64,000 bases of DNA. Source: Octopus sinensis. Taxonomy: Eukaryota. The notes below the pieces were generated by a model. The model searched no databases. It had not been told where the DNA came from and was given only the letters and a program-made list of their open reading frames with translations. Both the position numbers and the translations under genes were made by a program. Shown here piece after piece: positions 12,031 through 21,614 of the stretch (the first letter of the stretch is position 1; every line of letters begins with the position of its first letter). The stretch is from contig NC_043021.1 in the NCBI RefSeq assembly GCF_006345805.1, forward strand, positions 5,952,001 to 6,016,000. Direction: 5' to 3'.

Positions 12031-13774
12031 TAATGCCACCCATACCATAGAAAAAGAAACATCCCATAGAGTATGGCAAGACGCATATGCAGTATAGTGG
12101 CCGACTCACAAACACACCAAATAAGACTAAATGAACTTAAAAAGTTCCTACTAGAACAGAAATACCCACTCAAATTAATAAAACATGGAATCTCAAGAGC
12201 AATGAAACTGGACATCACACAACTCAGAACTCCAAAAAACAAAAGCAAAGAAAACATCATCCCATTCATAAACACACAACCCTGGAGTTACCAACATGTT
12301 TCAAATTATACAATCAAACTTACCAATAGTCGTACAAAGCCCCAAAATGGGAAGCCTATTAAACAAAAACTGCGTAAGAAACAGTAAACGCCAAGAGAAA
12401 AACCTGAAAAAACAACTGACAAGAGCAAAACCGAATTCTTTGTGAAAGAATGTGGAGATAGTAGATGTGGGATCTGCAGTAACCCCATCTACAAATATAT
12501 AGAGGAAAACAGCCAAATAAAATTAAGAGTGGACACACATTCAAAATAAATGCAAACATGAATTGCAAGACACAAAACTTAATATATTGCATAACCTGTC
12601 CCACGGGCAAGGAGAACTATATAGGTGAAACTGGCAATTCTTTATGCCAACGAGCCAGAATTCACCAACAACATATCCGACAGGGAGAGCTACAAAAAAT
12701 TCCACTAAGTAAACACTTAGAAACACGTGGAGAATGAAGATTCAAAATCTTTCCCTTCTATAAATGCCCAAAGAATGACACCTTCTTCAGAAAAAATGTG
12801 GAATAACACTTCATAGCAAAATTCTCTCCCAAACTGAATGGCTGAAAATATGAAAATCACATCGACTTCCTTATAAACCCATCTGGAACCCTAAGATATA
12901 TGCATATGTGGGTGTGTGGATGTACATACATAAATAGAGACATTCCTGCATCCAGATTTTCCAACCCATACGGGGAATGGGTATCAAGCATTGGACAATA
13001 ATGATAAGTCCAGATAGTTTTTTTGAAAAATGACTTTCATTATTCCTCATCAAAACAGACCCCCTTAGAGTAACCATCTGGTCTTGCCATTTTCACAGAC
13101 CAAGAATCAACTTGTCATCTTCTATTGAAAGAACCGACCAACTGTATAGATATAAAAACATTTTTTCTTCTTTCTTTCCTTCTCTTTTCCATTGACTTTA
13201 AGAAAAAACACATTTTTTCACTTTGAAAATATTTTTCTTTCAGACCCCCTGGTGAGCTGGTTGAACCAAAGTAAGCATCTGTTCTAGCCACCTACTAAAA
13301 AATATATTCTTTTCCTTTTCTCTTTGTCTCTTGTTCAAAATGCTTCCTTTCAGATACACAGACACACACTCCCTATCGCTTTCTCCCTCCACCATCTCCC
13401 CATTCCTCTCCCTCTTTTCTACCCTATACACTCCACATTACTCTTCCCCCCACCCCAACCCATTCACTAATACTATAAAAAGACAAATCCTTTCACAAGA
13501 TTTAAATCTGAAGAATCTATTAGAGCAGATGTAAGCGCTCATATGTGATTTATAGAAACATGTGACATATTAATAAATATTTGTACATGTACAACCATCC
13601 AGATCTCTGAGTACCTTACATTTTCTAATGTGTGTCATTCTACATTGAGAGAAGAAAGAGATGAACGCTTCAACTCTATGCTGCTGCCGCATTATGTCGT
13701 ACGTGAATGAGAGGATTTGCATCCCCAACCAAGAATTTTTAATGTAACACATGTCCTTGTGGAAGCTGTTGTGC

Positions 13775-13852
13775 GCGGCTGAAGAAGGCCACAGACATAC
13801 ATTATGCATTGTTATAAATCTGTCTAATAAAGGCCCGAAACATATGTACCGC
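13775..13852 (+). ncRNA. Type I hammerhead ribozyme (Penelope pLTR)
   Basis: Stem I GCGG/CCGC, CUGAAGA at 13779-85, stem II GGCC/GGCC (A.C mismatch at its base), GAAA at 13837-40, palindromic stem III CAUAUG, GUA cleavage after 13848. Confidence 0.75.
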
Positions 13853-13918
13853 TGAATCCTTTGCATCATGTTTTTATTTTATTTTGATCAATTTATATAT
13901 ATATATACACACACACAA

Positions 13919-14890
13919 GTTCCTCAAGATGGCTGTGGATCAAAAGAGGAGAACCATGGGGTAGTTAGTTGGCCATCTGGACACGGGGTCTGATCAGCAC
14001 CAGTTGGGTCACCTGGAGGAGGGTGTATGATGTTGAAAGACCCCAAAAACACCCGATGATGCCAGGCACATCACTAAAGAGGTGTCCAAATGCATCAGTC
14101 ATTGATGTATGCACACAACAAGCACTCTCAGTGACAACTAGGAAAGACTGGAAGACAACCATGAAGAGGGTGGTGACCACTGGAGAGTCAGTGACAGCCT
14201 GGAAAGGCGGCAACCTGGGCAGAACGGGCTGGCAACCCCAATGTGTGTCCTCTGAGGAGGAGGACTCCCAGAATAAGCTGCGATGAATCCAATGGAGAAA
14301 AACTGCCACGGGGTGCCTGATAGAGAGAGGGGGGGAGAATGTGTACCCCAGTTGGACAGATATATATCGTTAACAGACCCTAGCAATGGACAACGGACTA
14401 TGAGCAAGAAGTGTACATGCGATAAAGTCCGCAAGAACATCCACAGCCTAAAGATCCACCAAGTAAGGCTTAAAGTGCCCGTTGGAAGCAGAAACATCAC
14501 ATCGCACAGGTGGTCCAACCTGGTGAGACGCAGGAGAAACCCGGCCTGGCGTCACCCCATAGTGCCTGGAACTAATCCCCTGAGCATCAAATGGCCAGCA
14601 TCTAGCATGACCTCACTGTGGAAGCAGTTCGCATCAAGGGAGTGAGAAGGAGGAAGGTCATCCGCAGTAACACCAATGCAGCAGAGAGGGCCACAAGATG
14701 GCTGTGGATCGAAAGAGGAGAGCCATGGGGTAGCTAACTGGCCATCTGGACACAAGCTGGGGTCTGATCAACCCCATCTAGGTCACCTGGAGGAGGGCGT
14801 ATGATGCTGAAAGACTCAAAACACTCAATGGTACCAGGCACATTACTGAAGATGCGTCCAGATGCATCTGTCATTCATGTATGTACACAA
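13919..14890 (+). mobile_element. HERO/NeSL-type (restriction-like endonuclease) non-LTR retrotransposon: 3' end followed by an internally deleted copy
   Basis: C-terminal SSRWLWIKRGEPWGS* and AAERATRWLWIERGEPWGS*, each followed by the same ~190-bp 3' UTR. N-terminal degenerate finger KCTCDKVRKNIHSLKIHQ, plus PGETQEKPG..SPH and IKWPASSMTSLWKQF. Confidence 0.75.
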
Positions 14891-14956
14891 CAATATGTAC
14901 ATAAATATATGTATAATAACAAATGAATAAATAAAACATATGCATATATACATGCA

Positions 14957-15289
14957 TATATGGAAACAGGACACCAAAAAAACGAACACAAACAAAACCA
15001 AGGAAATGGACATTTTTCTTAATGAAAAAACAGAGTACAAGACATACGGCACAAGGAACATTCCCCTTCTTCAGCCGCCTGTTTCATCTACTCCACGTTT
15101 CAAATGTAAAGGTGGGAAGGACTGCTTTTGCAGAAAGGACTGTTTCAACGAAGTCGTGTCCCGCCTTTACCTTCGAAACGCAGGGTAGATGAAACAGAGG
15201 CAGCTGAAGAAGGGGTATGTTCCTTGTGTTGTATGTCTTGTACTCTATTTTGTTGTTGTTTAAGAAAAATGGTGTCCTGTACCCATATA
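14957..15289. repeat. Long imperfect inverted repeat (foldback) of Penelope pLTR sequence
   Basis: 15027-15100 is the near reverse complement of 15176-15250. The central and outer segments also pair. The ORF track shows mirror peptides (EYKTY.TRNIPLLQ) on both strands. Confidence 0.85.
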
Positions 15290-15349
15290 TATATGATAGA
15301 TCGTTAGCTCCTACACGCATTTTTTGCTTTCCTTGTCTCTCTCTGTGTA

Positions 15350-15388
15350 TCTTTCTGTCGAAGAGCATAGGCTCGAAACGTAAAAGAC
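15350..15388 (+). ncRNA. Minimal hammerhead-like motif with variant core
   Basis: Stem I UCUUU/AAAGA, core CUGUCGAA (non-canonical), stem II GAGC/GCUC, GAAA, palindromic ACGU stem III, GUA triplet. Confidence 0.45.
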
Positions 15389-16220
15389 TTTTTCTATTCC
15401 TGAGCGCTATACTAATACATTTGTTTGTTTGTACTCCACCTGCCTTTTGTTTATTTTCGTAAACTTTCCCTTTATATCATCATCATCATCATTTAACGTC
15501 CGTTTTCCGCGCTAGCACGGGTTGGACGGTTTCGACCGGGGTCTGGGGAGCTCGGGACTGCCCCAGGCTCCAGCCTAGTCTGGCAGTGTTTCTACAGCTG
15601 GATGCCCTTCCTAACGCCAACCACTCCGCGAGTGTAGTGGGTGTTTTTTACGTGCCACCTGCACAGGTGCCAGAGGGGTCTGGGATCGGCCACATATATA
15701 TATATGTATGATATAGGGTAAAGAATCATTAATTTATTAATAATTGTATACCCTGTATCTATAATGATAATTCACTCCCTGTTAGTAAATTGCAGTTTTT
15801 CTGTGTTACTGCTTGTAACAAGGTTGTAACAAGGTTGAACAAGGACAGATACGGAATTACTCATTACTCATCTATATAAATTCGGAAATGCTGCCTCTTA
15901 TGTTATGTTCAATGTCGCTTGATTGAGCGTGCATGCGTTTGTTAGCATTTTCAGATTTATAATCTAGAATATCACGCTGAAGGGAATGAATTTTACACCA
16001 TTCTAATCCCGAAACGCATACATGATTAACTAAGCCTGGTTGATTTCGTTATTTTCTCTCCTTTTAGCTTATGTAAGTTACAAGTATTACTGTCTGTTGT
16101 GATATATTGTTGAAGAATTACTAGTTTTAACTGCTATTTCTACATTTTGGTATGTGGTGAAGCAATTTTTGCTGATCCCTTGTGTGTGTGTATATATATG
16201 TATACATATATATATATATA

Positions 16221-17620
16221 CAGGGTGTTCCAAAAGAAACAGTGCACTGAACATTTTCATAGGTATACATAAAGAAACAGTGCACTGAACACAAGAAAGG
16301 ATATTTATAGTTGAAAATGTTTTCCCAAAAGATTTTAAATATTATATTTAGATAATTTAGATATCTAAATTTTAGATATTTATATTAAATATTCTTTTGT
16401 TTCAGGGACCCTTTGAAAATGGTGCTTACCTTACAAGAAAGGATATTTATTGTTGAAAATGTTTTCCGAGATGGTGGCAAATACACAAAAGAAGTGCAAG
16501 AGTCATTTCAAGAAAAATTTGGTGCAGAACGTTTGCCGCATCGAAATTGTGTTTCCGCTTTGTTGCATAAGTTCAAAAAAACTGGAAGTGTTCAAGACAA
16601 ACCCAAAAGTGGCCGCCCAAAAGTCGTTACAGATGCAGTCTTACAGAATGTTACCAACAAACTGCAGAGGAGCTCACGAAAGTCTTTGAGGCGTTTGTCT
16701 CAAGAAACTAGGATATCTCTAACATCAACTCACCGAGCAGTGCATCAACTTAAATTCTTTCCATATAAAGTGCATGTTGTTCATGAACTGAAGCCTCAGG
16801 ATTCAGAAAAACGCGTACTCTTCTGTCGGTGGTTTGAAAATTTTATTCTAGAGAAAGGTGAAAACATTTTAAACCATACATTCTTCAGTGATGAAGCATG
16901 GTTCCATTTGTCCGGGTACATGAACAGTCAGAACTCTAGAGTGTGGTCTACAATAAATCCTCATGCTCTGTTTCAGAAACCACTCCACGATCAAAAAGTT
17001 GGTGTTTGGTGTGCTTTGTCAAGGCGGCGTATAATTGGACCTATCTTTTTTGAAAACACCATCACATCTGAGTGTTACATTCATAACATCCTGGAGCCAT
17101 TTTTTGATCAACTGACGGAGCAAGAAAAGCAACAAGGCTGGTTCCAGCAAGATGGTGCAACTGCACATACGGCTCGTGTCAGTATGGCTGCAGTTGGTGA
17201 TGTCTTTGGGGATCGTGTGATCTCTCGTGGTTTGTGGCCACCTCGATCACCGGATTTAACACCTCCTGACTTTTATTTGTGGGGCAAATTGAAAGACTCA
17301 GTGTATGCAGACAATCCTCGAACTACGGATGAACTGAAGCAGAAAATAACAAGTGTTATTCAAAACATCAAACCTGATGAACTTGAGTGTGTTTTTCAAA
17401 ATACGCAGCGTCGCGCTCGTTTATGTCTGCAGGTGAATGGCGCACACTTTCAACAGTTATTGTAGATCATATCTTACTGCACGAGTCAATCCTCAATCGT
17501 ACTTTAGTTGATAAGGTATTGAATTTGTGAATATTTGCAATAAATAGTATTTTTCTGTGAGTTTTGTTTCTTTGGGTTATTAGCATATTCCTACTGCACT
17601 GTTTCTTTTGGAACACCCTG
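16221..17620 (+). mobile_element. Full-length Tc1/mariner transposon (rosa/Visitor-like)
   Basis: Perfect 26-bp TIRs CAGGGTGTTCCAAAAGAAACAGTGCA (16221-16246, 17595-17620), flanked by TA within TA repeats. Length 1400 bp. Confidence 0.95.
16419..17465 (+). CDS. Intact mariner-family transposase, DD38D spacing
   Basis: Uninterrupted ORF from ATG 16419 with an N-terminal HTH and FSDEAWF, FQQDGATAH, WPPRSPDLTPPDFYLWG. There are 38 residues between the second and third catalytic Asp. Confidence 0.92.
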   Translation: MVLTLQERIFIVENVFRDGGKYTKEVQESFQEKFGAERLPHRNCVSALLHKFKKTGSVQDKPKSGRPKVVTDAVLQNVTNKLQRSSRKSLRRLSQETRISLTSTHRAVHQLKFFPYKVHVVHELKPQDSEKRVLFCRWFENFILEKGENILNHTFFSDEAWFHLSGYMNSQNSRVWSTINPHALFQKPLHDQKVGVWCALSRRRIIGPIFFENTITSECYIHNILEPFFDQLTEQEKQQGWFQQDGATAHTARVSMAAVGDVFGDRVISRGLWPPRSPDLTPPDFYLWGKLKDSVYADNPRTTDELKQKITSVIQNIKPDELECVFQNTQRRARLCLQVNGAHFQQLL

Positions 17621-17629
17621 TATATATAT

Positions 17630-18445
17630 ATGAGACTTGGACGGATGTCAACCAGTTCCTGCACTGCCTCAAACTTTGCGCCTTCTACCACGCGTCTCCG
17701 CAGCATCACGACAATCAGGATTGCTTTTTGGAGCTGGGGTGCCTCCGTCGCCGCAATGACATTGTCATCAAACCGGCGGACAAAGGCGGAGCAGTGATGG
17801 TGTGGCGCGCGGATCTCTACAGGGAGGAAGCGCTCAGCCAGCTTCAAAATCCCCTCTTCTATCGCCTCCTCCCCTCCTCTTCCTACCAACAGCAAGTGTC
17901 CTTCACTATCCACGAACTCATCTCCTCTTCTGCTTTCCCCTCCACCGCCACCAACCTCATCGTCCGCACCTCCATCTATTTCCTTCCCAAAATTCATAAG
18001 CCCAATACCCCTGGCCGCCCCATTGTTTCGGCCTGTAATTGCCCAACTGAACACATTTCCCTATATCTTGACTGCATCCTGTCCCCTTTAGTCAAAGCCC
18101 TCCCTTCCCACATACATGATACCAACCACACCCTCCGTCTCTTCAATTCCTTTTCCTTCCCTTCCAGCCCTTCACACCTCTTCTTCACCCTTGACATCAA
18201 ATCACTGTATACGGTAAATCCCCACAACGACGGTCTCCTAGCTCTCCAACACTTCCTTAACCGTCGTCCCGACCCCACCCTCCTCCACCTGGCAGAGCTT
18301 GTCCTAACCCTCAACTGTTTCACGTTCGTCGGGGAGACGTACCAGCAGGTGTCCGGGGTCGCGATGGGAACGAGAACGGGCCCCAATTTCGCCAATCTCT
18401 TTGTTGGCTACATTGAGGCCCAAGTATTCTCCCAATTCTCCGACC
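17630..18445 (+). mobile_element. Penelope-like RT fragment (distinct clade)
   Basis: IVIKPADKGGAV, LPKIHKPNTPGRPIVS, TLDIKSLYT and QVSGVAMGTRTGPNFANLF. Confidence 0.9.
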
Positions 18446-18905
18446 CCAGAATTATACAGAAGCAAAATTCTGGATCGGCCAAAAAATAACTACATTACAG
18501 GCCGAACCAGCCACCTTAGAAGAATTTACCGAGGTGATAGATATCGGCGACAAACATCTACCAGTTATGGTAGAGGGCCGCCAACCTAGGTGCTTCCTAT
18601 GCGGCAAAAAGGGACACCTCAGGAAAAGTTGTGAACTGGCAGAGATAGAGAGAATGGTCAAGTGAGGGATGGATAGCAGCAGCATCAAAAAGAAAGCACA
18701 AAAATCCCTCCCCGGAAAAAGGAAAAACCGAGAAATTAAGAAGGCAAAAAAGCCGGAAAACAACATCAACAACGCTTTTGTCGCAATCCGAACAGTGGAG
18801 AGTGAGGTGACGAGGCGCATCGAGACACACCACCTGCAGGATATAGAGGTGGAAAACAAGTTAAAGAGGAAACTAATAAAGATTTACAAAATAAACCAAA
18901 AAACA
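18446..18905 (+). mobile_element. L1/Tx1-like ORF1 fragment with CCHC knuckle
   Basis: VIDIGDKHLPVMVEGRQPRCFLCGKKGHLRKSC at about 18534-18632. Confidence 0.6.
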
Positions 18906-18984
18906 TAACGTGTTGGCGAACGATTTCAGGTGGGACGTGGGCCCTCTGCGGATGGAGGTCTCGAACCGTCTGTACGAGGGTCTC

Positions 18985-19740
18985 CTCAACAACAACGGCC
19001 TACAGAAAGATCTCGTCTACATATGCGATGTACGATCAGGCCCCGATGATAAAAGAAAATCGTACATCAGAATGACCTCAAATAGTTTTAAGACTTGCTG
19101 GTACACCCACACACATTCGTTCCGGCGACCTGACAAATCTAACCAGACTACTCTCGCCGCCCATATCTGGCACCTTAAAAGGAACTCCATCCCCTTCAAG
19201 ATCAAGTGGAGACTACTCCAGAGAGCGCGTTCTTACACGGGAGGCCATACTTGCTGTGACCATTGCATTTCTGAGAGCTTGGAGATCTTATTCGCCAAAG
19301 GCCCTCTCCTCAACAAGATCTCGGAACACTCCTTGCCCCCTCAACAACAACTGCCTACAGAAAGATCTCGTCTACATATGCGATGTACGATCAGGCCCCG
19401 ATGATAAAAGAAAATCTTACATCGGAATGACCTCAAATAGTTTTAAGACTCGCTGGTACGCCCACACACATTCGTTCCGGTGACCTGACAAATCTAACCA
19501 GACTACTCTCGCCGCCCATATCTGGCACCTTAAAAGGAACTCCATCCCCTTCAAGATCAAGTGGAGACTACTCCAGAGAGCGCGTTCTTACACGGGAGGC
19601 CATACTTGCTGTGACCTTTGCATTTCTGAGAGCTTGGAGATCTTATTCGTCAAAGGCCCTCTCCTCAACAAGATCTTGGAACACCCCCCAAACTGTATGC
19701 ACAAAATCTATGCAAACTACAAAAATTATAGACCCACCCA
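18985..19740 (+). mobile_element. Penelope GIY-YIG endonuclease, tandemly duplicated (355-bp period)
   Basis: DLVYICDV...KSYIGMTSNSFKTRW..H and CCDLCISESLEI occur twice. TACAGAAAGATCTCG is at 19001 and 19356. Confidence 0.9.
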
Positions 19741-19901
19741 ACCACCCGATTGACGACACCCCCCACCACACCAGTCTGTGACGAACAAGAAGGGCGATGT
19801 GGTAAATGAACCTGAGCAGATGTGTCGAACCTTTCATAGAACTCACTCCTAATACTTCATAAAGATAGCCACACTCTCTAGGATGTCTGGAAAACATGTG
19901 A

Positions 19902-19990
19902 TTTAGCTGATGAATACGGGACATTTGTATTTGCTGCAATATTTGCAGCTTTGAATAAAATTGTTCTTAGTATGAAACAATTGTACTAAA
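19902..19990 (+). ncRNA. Type I hammerhead ribozyme (Penelope pLTR)
   Basis: Stem I UUUAG/CUAAA, CUGAUGA at 19907-13, extended stem II (AUAC/GUAU, GGGACA/UGUUCU, GCUGCAA/UUGCAGC), GAAA at 19974-77, stem III CAAUUG, GUA cleavage after 19985. Confidence 0.88.
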
Positions 19991-20490
19991 CTACTAATCC
20001 ATTCTTGTTGCTTTTCTCTTGGTTTTAAATTTCAAACTACTAGCCAATCAAATTAATCTAAATAATCATTACCTAGTGGTCAGAATTTCTAAACTCATAG
20101 TTATTTTGATCTTGAAAGGATGGACTTGGTGCAAACTTAACTGTATCTATTATTATTAATATTAATATTAATAGTAATTTTTATTGACTTTTATAGCTTT
20201 ATAATTTTATGAACTGAACCATGGTTTTAATTATTATTTTTCATCTCCCTATGTGTTAGTTTTTAAAAACTATTAGCCAAATATGTTTAATAACTGTGCT
20301 TATTAATATTAATATATACACTGATATATATTTTGTTTTATTTTGTTTTGTTTACCTTGCATTATTGTACCAATGAGTATTATATTATACAAGTGTAGCA
20401 TTATGAAGTTTATGCATAAGTTTTTATATTTTACATTTTTATATTTATATGTATATGGAAAAATAATTTTTTCACAATTATAACAAATTT

Positions 20491-20607
20491 AATTCTCTGA
20501 AGAGGCCGTGGGGCATCCTTGTTAATGCCTCATTTATACCTGCCTTTATGGCTTATAGGTTAAATGAGGTATGACTGCCCTTGCTGCCGAAACAGCTGTC
20601 AGATTTG
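20491..20607 (+). ncRNA. Type I hammerhead ribozyme with long stem II
   Basis: CUGAAGA at 20497-503, stem II GGC/GCC, GGGCA/UGCCC and CCUCAUUUA/UAAAUGAGG, GAAA at 20589-92, stem III CAGCUG, GUC cleavage after 20600, short stem I UCU/AGA. Confidence 0.8.
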
Positions 20608-20814
20608 ATTTAATTACATATTATATTTGAAATGTTATACTTATATCTCTTTGTCTATTTACCTTTACTGTATATTTTGTATAATGCCTTTACTGATATG
20701 TAATGGTGTAATAAAGTATTGATTGGGTATCATCTGATAGTTGATGTTTTATTGATTTAAGTATGTTTCTCCATTTTCTAATTTTGTAGTATATATATAT
20801 ATATATATATATAT

Positions 20815-21400
20815 AAACGAACACCACAACCCTCTTTTCCAAAACTCACCCCAGTTTTCAGAGTTGGCACTGCCAATGTTGCTAGGTCTAGTGAGATTGT
20901 AGAAATGCTTGAAAGGAGACGGGTTGATGTATGCTGCATACAAGCAGTAAGATGGAGAGGAGCTTCAGCTAGGATCCTCACAGGCAAGGCACATAGGTAT
21001 AGTCTTCTGGCAAGGTAACATGAATGGTGTAGGCATACTCTTTGCAGAGAAATGGGTGAATACGGTCACAGAGGTTGTTAGGGTATGAGATAGAGGGCTT
21101 AAGCTCAGGCTAGTCCTGCAGAATAGCACAGCTACAATTTTCTCCGCCTACGTCCCACATGCGGGACTACCAAATGATCAGAAGGACCACTTTTATGATA
21201 CCCTTCAGGCTACCTCAAAGACAAGTGGCAATGACCTCAGCTTTGTAGCTGGAGACTTCATTGGGCATATTGGGCAGGAATCTGGTATCTTCACTAGGGT
21301 ACATGGTGGCCATGGTATTGACACTCAAAATGATGAGGGAACCAGGCTACTGGAGTTCTGTGATGCATGTAACCTTTTAATCTGCAACACTGACTTCAGT
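20815..21400 (+). mobile_element. RTE LINE AP-endonuclease fragment
   Basis: RVGTANV..EIVEMLERRRVDVCCIQ..RWRG, GVGIL, SAYVP, AGDFIGHIG and NDEGTRLLEFC. Confidence 0.85.
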
Positions 21401-21614
21401 ATATATATATACAGATCTGGCGCGATTGTCAATCACAGAATATAACTGGCTACTTATCCATAGGATTATAAATATATAGTCGCGAACTTTCCTCTCTTCT
21501 TATCTTCTACCAGCTCTCAAAATACACAGTCACTTTCTTTCTCTATTTCTTCTCTACCCTCTATCACACTATTAAATTTTAAATATAATTAGATAGATAA
21601 ATAAAATATCCAAC

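Larger units (their letters stand above)
11600..13880 (+). mobile_element. 5'-truncated Penelope element (RT thumb, GIY-YIG, pLTR) with an inverted pLTR piece at its 5' end
   Basis: ELPFLDINI..TTDIYYKK, NLIYCITCP..NYIGETGNSL..R...H. Segment 11606-11675 is the reverse complement of about 13556-13630. Confidence 0.85.

Noticed and set aside
12920-13145. Minus-strand exon-like stretch with plausible splice sites
   Set aside because: All three frames contain stops and I recognise no homology.
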